From Octopus vulgaris (Eukaryota): DNA of 64,000 bases. Position 1 is the stretch's first letter, and each line of letters begins with the position of its first letter. A model generated the notes under the pieces. It had not been told where the DNA came from. It saw only the letters and a list, made by a program, of their open reading frames with translations, and ran no database searches. Of the stretch, positions 57,170 to 64,000 are shown piece after piece. The position numbers and the translations under genes were made by a program. Location of the stretch: contig OX597821.1 in the NCBI GenBank assembly GCA_951406725.2, forward strand, positions 70,804,001-70,868,000, written 5' to 3'.

Positions 57170-57423
57170 ACTTATCCCTCGACTATCGCGGGTGTTACGT
57201 TCCAAAACCCCCGCGATAATTGAAAATCCGCGAAGAAGAAACAATACTCTACTTTATATCTTTTTTTTATGAACTTTTATAATTTGTATATTTTTTATTT
57301 TATCATAAATGCAAAGCAACACCACGGAAGAATCGACATAAGTTTAAATAATAAACCGCGATAGGTGAACCGCGATAGGTGAACCGCGATAGGTGAACCG
57401 CGATGTGGCGAGTGATTACCGTA
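57170..57423. mobile_element. Tigger/pogo-type MITE
   Basis: TIR-like atccctcgactatcgcgg / ccgcgatgtggcgagtgattac; subterminal 14-bp ccgcgataggtgaa repeated three times. Confidence 0.7.
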
Positions 57424-57844
57424 ATCTTAATGATCGTGTCTGATTGCGTATGTATGTGTCTACGTGTGTTTATGTATGTGCCTGCTTTACATATGTGTGT
57501 GTGTGTGTGCGCGCACGCGTCTGCGTTTTTGAAAATGTTTCTGCGTTTCTGTATCTATGGATCTCTGCTGTGCGTCCACATTTGGATGTATTCGTGTTTA
57601 TGTGTCGTTTCATGTGTTTCGTATGTTTACGTAGAAGGCTGGATGAACCTCCTGTAATAGCCTTCATGCGTTTGTTGGTGTGGGTGTGTGCACGTATCTA
57701 CCTCCTAGTGTTTATATGGATGGATATGCGCTCAGGTTTTGTAATTTTCTATACGGATGGGTTTATGCTGACGTTTGTCTATGTGTAACTGCGAATGTGT
57801 TCATGAGTGCTTTGTAAGTAATGATACGTGTAGGTCTCTGCGTG

Positions 57845-57887
<43 letters not shown>

Positions 57888-58194
57888 GCACATTTGTATG
57901 TATATATGCGAGCATGTGTGTATGTGTGGTAAGTATGTATGTTAGTATGCGTTTCTGCCGTGCAAAGACACCAAAGACAACAGAGATAGCTGGGAACTCG
58001 TCTTCTTTTCATTTCCTGCCAATCTCAAAGAAATACCGAAATGCTTTTTCTAAGACTGTTTACGCACGTAAACATACGTATGTGTGAGTGTGTGGGGGTG
58101 TATTTGCATGCATTTATGTATGCATGTATACACGTGTTTATGTATGTATATGTATATATATGAATATATATGTATAAACATTGCAAATGTAATG

Positions 58195-58249
<55 letters not shown>

Positions 58250-58254
58250 GTATC

Positions 58255-58286
<32 letters not shown>

Positions 58287-58299
58287 TGTATGTATGTAT

Positions 58300-58363
<64 letters not shown>

Positions 58364-59902
58364 GCACATTTGTGTACATACGTATGCGTACTTATATGAA
58401 CGTATGTATGTGTATGAGTAGATGATTGTTGTTCTTCTCCTTCTTCATCTTCCCCTTCGTCTCCTCCTCCTCTTTTTCCTTCTTGTTGCAAAGTTATTTT
58501 TCGGATTGATGGTCTTTACATGTTAAAAAGTATCCGAAAGCTTGCTTTCCACGAGACCCTCCCCCCACTCCACGCCCAAACATCCCCGACCCGATCCAAC
58601 ACAATCCGTCGTCACTGAATCTTTAATGCGGAGACGACGCAAGCTAAGAGAGATGGCAATTTCCGATATATCCGTTTTACAAGACAAACCTAATATTTTG
58701 CGCGGGATTGCTCAATCAAATTCAATAACGAGCTGTGCCATTTTATGCCATTTCACGCCATTTCACGCTATTTCTCGCCATTTCACGCTATTTCTCATTG
58801 AATTTATATTTAATCTCATCCCTAGCAGACTTTATTCCTGTCACTGCTTCTTACGTTGCATTTCATTTCTGCCCTTTAATTCCTATCTCTGTTTGTTTGA
58901 TTCTTACTTCTTTCTTTCTGCCATGCATTTCTCTCTACCTTTCTATTTCTCTCTCTCCCCCTCTCTCTCTCTCTCTCTCTCTCTATCGATCTACGTATCT
59001 CTCTATTTATCCACTCTATCTATCTATCTGTCTGTCTTTATCTATCTGTCTTTCTGCTTCGTTTTCATTTCTTTCTTCAACTTTTTTCTTTCTGGCTAAT
59101 TGTTTCACTCTTCCAATACATTCTACCAATGTGTAATTTGTTTATGCCTTTATTTGTTTTCATTTACTTATGTTCTATTATCTCCCTTTTTATTCAGTCA
59201 GCCATTTTTTCTTTTTAGTTTTTAGTTTCAAGTTTTTTGTTGTGTTCGTTGTTTTGTTGTTGCTTTTGTGGTGTCATTTCTTTTTCCGTTACTTTTCCTT
59301 TTTCTTCTTTATTTATTTATTGCCTCTCAATCAATCATTTTATCCCTTTTTTTGCACTCATTTTGTTTCATATTTTTGATACTTTCTAGATTTTCTTTTA
59401 CCAAGCAATTTTATTTCCTCACATCCTTTCCTTATTACTTTACGATTTCTCTATTCCTCCACAGATTCTAGAGTCTGAAGAATTCTCAGTTCATGTACCA
59501 ACTGCTTAAAAAGAAGTCAATAATCCAGTTCGCCCTTCGAAGACAATACACCACAAACAAAAAAATACAACACCACACATTCAGAATACTTCTCTGTCGC
59601 AACGAATTGGTTTTCCTCTGAAGTCATTAGAACGAGAATAAACGGAAAAGACAATCACATTATTGTTTATACACATGCATCTATGTCTGTGTTGTGTGCA
59701 GGTGTCTGTGTGTGTGTGCATGTATTCTGGTTTCACTAAGGCCCAGTGATACTCATACCCAGTGGTTAGAATTGAATATAAACATGCTTTAGGGTAAAGC
59801 GTTAAGCGAGTACAGAAACGCGAATCTTCTTCTCTTAATCACTCTCTCCATAATTGATATTAACGTGTGTGAGTGTGTGTGTGTGTGTATGTAGCGGGGG
59901 AT

Positions 59903-59947
<45 letters not shown>

Positions 59948-59977
59948 GACAGGACAGCGTGAAGGACAGGAAAAGAA

Positions 59978-60022
<45 letters not shown>

Positions 60023-60123
60023 ATGAGGGAATATCATTACAAACTTACAGGGAAAAATTCAATTTAGAAATACTAAATAAAATTTCACAAAATATAATAT
60101 ATATAAAAGGTGTTTTTTCTCTA

Positions 60124-60196
<73 letters not shown>

Positions 60197-60199
60197 TAT

Positions 60200-61079
60200 A
60201 TTAGCAAACGCACTCGTCTTTTGGGCGGTTTAAGTTGCTTTGGTGGTATTTGTTATTTTTTTCACCAAATAATTGAACTACCTTGAAGGTTTATGAATAG
60301 CATGGCAATCAATGTTTCCGACTAACCTGGTAACGGAAAATGAAATTGAAGGCTGGTTATTGTGGCGGTCGTTGCACTTTAATGGTCATAGAACAGATAA
60401 GTTTGTGAGTGATGCAAAGTAGAGCTGCTGAAGTGCTTTGAGAGTACATTACGGATAATGACTACAAAATATAGTTGTTTTACATGAAAGCGAAATTTAT
60501 CTACTGTATCTTTATCGTAATTTTTAGGGGTTCTTTTTTTGGCTATGGCTTAGATTTTAGCAAGTGGTATTTATACCCTAATTTTCTTAAATTACTTTAT
60601 ATTGTACCTGTAAAGGTCTGAATTTCCTAGCCACATTATTACTGTATATAATGGTAATAATACGACTTTATTAAAATTTTCCCTGTTCCTTTTAAATAGA
60701 GGGCGACGTTTAAAGTTAGGAACGCAAACGAGCTAACGTACTGAGTATTTTAGAAATAAATGTTAAATGCAATTTTCAACTGAAGATCGCAAAGCATGTT
60801 TTTCATGCAAAGCGTGAAATCAATCGGTATTGAAATATGTATTACTCATCTTTGTATTCCAATCAAAGGTAAACCTGTGACTGAAATGTTCATTGCATTG
60901 CTTGTGTGTATCTTTATCGTAATTTTTATGGGTTTTTTTCTTTTAGCTATGGCTTAGATTTTAACAAATAGTATTTATACCCTCACTTTTCTTAAATTAC
61001 TTTATATTGTGCCTGTAAATGTCTGAACTTGCTAGCCACCTTATTATTACTGTATGTAACGGTAATAATTCGACTTTAT
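60200..61079 (+). mobile_element. PLE 3' end with tandem pseudo-LTR of 402-bp period
   Basis: RSLHFNGHRTD resembles the GIY-YIG RxLxxRFxxH segment; direct repeat of about 167 bp at 60505-60671 / 60907-61079 brackets an HHR. Confidence 0.7.
60774..60835 (+). ncRNA. Type I hammerhead ribozyme
   Basis: Stem I tttcaa/ttgaaa; CUGAAGA 60780-60786; stem II cgc/gcg plus gcatg/catgc (U.U at its base); GAAA 60816-60819; stem III atc aatc ggt; GUA site 60827-60829. Confidence 0.75.
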
Positions 61080-61414
61080 ATATATATACGCATACATATA
61101 TGTGTGTGTGTGTTTGTATGCGTGTGTGTGTGTCAGGGTGTGAAAATGTATATGTATATACATTTATATACATATATGTTTAGATATATATGTGTATATT
61201 AAGATATGGATGTACATGTGTGGGCGTGAGTAGGTATACACGCACACATATGCACACACATACGCGCATGCTTACACACCCACTTCTATGAGTATGGATG
61301 GATGGATGGATGGAAGGATGGATGGAATTGAATTTTCTTATTTCTGGCTTAGAAAAACATCATTTCATATATATATACATATATATATATTATACATGTG
61401 TGTGTGTGTGCTTG

Positions 61415-61605
61415 TGTTCGTGCGTTTTTCTTTGTCCCCCACCCCCATCCACCCCACCCCCATCCACCCCACCCCCATCGCTTGAGATCGATAGAATAAG
61501 TACTAGGCCTAAAAAATAAATCCCGGAGTCTATTCGTTCGACTAAAAACCCCGAAGGTGGCGCCCCGGCATGGCTGCAGGCAAATGACTGAGAGAAGTAA
61601 TAAAA
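61415..61605 (+). mobile_element. SINE family A, 3' half
   Basis: gagatcgatagaataagtact..ggcatggctgcaggcaaatgactga. Confidence 0.7.
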
Positions 61606-61670
61606 AATAAACGAGAGAGAGATTTATGCATGTATGTATGTACGCATGTATGTATATATGTATACACAGG

Positions 61671-61749
<79 letters not shown>

Positions 61750-62038
61750 CGTGTAAAGAGGCAAAGAAACATATGTGTGTCATCCATAAATGGATGCGTC
61801 ATGCTGCCATTGAAGCAGAAACCTTTGTAGTTGCGGACACGTTGTTTGTAGTGTTTATATATTTGTTTCTGTAGAAGTCATAGTCTAAGAAATCCTTGGA
61901 AAGAAAAGCGAAAGTCGTCCGTTTCAAGACTCGGCTGCATGAAGACAGGTGCCAAGTGGATTATTTACTTCACGAACCTGGAAAAGAATTCGAAATGAAT
62001 TTAACAAATGTTTACAGATCCGAATTTAGGGATATGGG

Positions 62039-62152
62039 AAGGCAGCGAACTGGCAGAATCGTTAGCACGACGGCCAAGATGCTTAGTGCCATTTCATCCG
62101 TCTTTACGTTCTGAGTTCAAATCCCGCCGGGGTCGTCGGCTATGCTTTTCAT
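62039..62152 (+). mobile_element. SINE family B, 5' part; a decayed inverted copy lies at 62490-62648
   Basis: aaggcagcgaactggcagaatcgttagcacg..acgttctgagttcaaatcccgcc. Confidence 0.75.
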
Positions 62153-63252
62153 TGCCTGATTGATTCGATTGATATACTATGGTATCGATTTCTAACCGAA
62201 GTCGATTGTTTGGCGATCGATCGGTCCAACTGATCTGTTTGTCTGTCTGTCTGTGTGTCTGGTATCTATTATGTTCTCTCCACGAATTTTGAAAATGAAC
62301 GTTTATTTCTTACATTTACATTCAGAACGTAAAGACACGTGACTAGAGACCACAGCTGCAGTGAACGCTTTTGTGAAACGTTTCTTTAGCCCCAGGGCAG
62401 GGAAACCAGGTAACCTCGGGCAGTTACCTGGCTTCCAAAGCGTATAAGTGACCGAGATCACATTTCCCCCCGAATGGCTCCGTTGCAATTTTGAGGTGGG
62501 GGAAGTTGATTACGTTGACATCATTATTTAATAGATAAGTTAATTTGTCGTCCTCTCAGCAGAATTTGAACTCAAACGGTAGATAGTCAGAAGGAATGCC
62601 ATTGAACATTTTGTTCGACGCGCAACCGATTCTTTCAGTTCGCCGCTTTGTTTGAATACATTTGCATCAAAATTGTTTGTTTGTAAGATTGTCCCATTTC
62701 TATTTTGTTTAGGTTTCAGAAGAAGATGAAAGGGAAATGCCCATAATTTTAGCTGGACTTCGACGTTGGATTGGGAAAGAAGGACGGAAGAAACTGCTAG
62801 TAATGTGTTGCGTTAGTTTGAAGTTGCGCATATTTCTCAGGGCCCTGATGATCTATAAAGGTCTAGTGACCTGTCCCTAGGGAGAGTTAACTATATTCTG
62901 CTTAAAGTCATGAAGCCGGGGTTAGTTAGTTAACTGAACGGTTATTTCATTAGAGACCATGTAAGATGTTTTACATTTTTACATGGAATGTGGCCAATAA
63001 AATATGTATTTCTTTAGTGATTTCTTCTGTGTTTAAGCAATTATATATATATAATTATTATTTGAGGGAATAAATCCAAACTTACAAGGAAAAATACTAA
63101 ATCAAATTTCACACAATATAATATATATATATATAATTAGAAAAAAACCCATCTTTTATCAATTCAAAATGAACAATTAAAAGTTTTAATTGCTCATTTT
63201 GAATTAATAAAAGGTGTTTATTTTCTCATTATATATATATATATATAAATAT

Positions 63253-63716
<464 letters not shown>

Positions 63717-63850
63717 TATATTATATTAAATTAGAGATAAAACCACTATTAGGCAAATCATACAATGAAAAACTTAAGCCAATACATAAGATTATTTAAT
63801 TTATATTATTTAAATATATAACAAAATTATTAAAAAACTATAATTAATAT

Positions 63851-63918
63851 AACACTACGATCGTTTCATGGCTGTTAATTTCTTTAAATTTTCGAGTTAC
63901 AGTCATTCATCAGGTGGT
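63851..63918 (-). ncRNA. Type I hammerhead in a fold-back element; the mirror copy starts at 63965 (+) and is cut by the window end
   Basis: Minus strand: CAC CUGAUGA AUGACUGU..ACAGCCAU GAAAC GAUC GUA GUG; inverted repeat 63881-63934 / 63947-64000. Confidence 0.75.
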
Positions 63919-64000
63919 TTAAATATTTAACTTGGCGAGGTTTAATCAAGTTAAATATTTAAGCCACCTGATGAATGACTGTAACTCGAAAATTTAAAGA

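Noticed and set aside
57356-57405. CRISPR-like repeats
   Set aside because: Spacerless 14-bp tandem inside a MITE, in eukaryotic DNA.
62016-62027. agatccgaattt, matching part of miR-10
   Set aside because: No seed match and no precursor hairpin.
61875-62880. Possible plus-strand exons after acceptors at 61874, 62326 and 62712
   Set aside because: No consistent open frame (the 62327 segment has stops in all three frames) and no recognisable protein.

Overview
This is an AT-rich, extremely microsatellite-dense animal genomic window with long (TA)n, (CA)n, (TACA)n, (GATA)n and (TGG)n tracts. The SINE families and repeat landscape point to an octopus (coleoid cephalopod) intron or intergenic region; this is an inference. 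No host protein-coding gene can be called, and almost all ORF-track entries are translations of simple repeats. Recognisable content: about 20 copies of three tRNA-derived SINE families; three 5'-truncated copies of a Tx1/L1-type LINE, all sitting in (GATA)n; RTE LINE remnants; two decayed Tc1/mariner transposases, one of them DD37D; mariner and Tigger-type MITEs; and Penelope-like (PLE) GIY-YIG remnants. The most striking unexplained signal is a dense set of type I hammerhead ribozyme (HHR) motifs, found by eye: about 10 well formed and several decayed. They lie in short non-coding units of 245-490 bp with terminal direct repeats or fold-backs, resembling PLE pseudo-LTRs or retrozymes. Several carry non-canonical cores, including a family with a compensatory G3-C8 swap (two copies), a C4 variant and a U6 variant. 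All structures were folded by eye and none has been tested.
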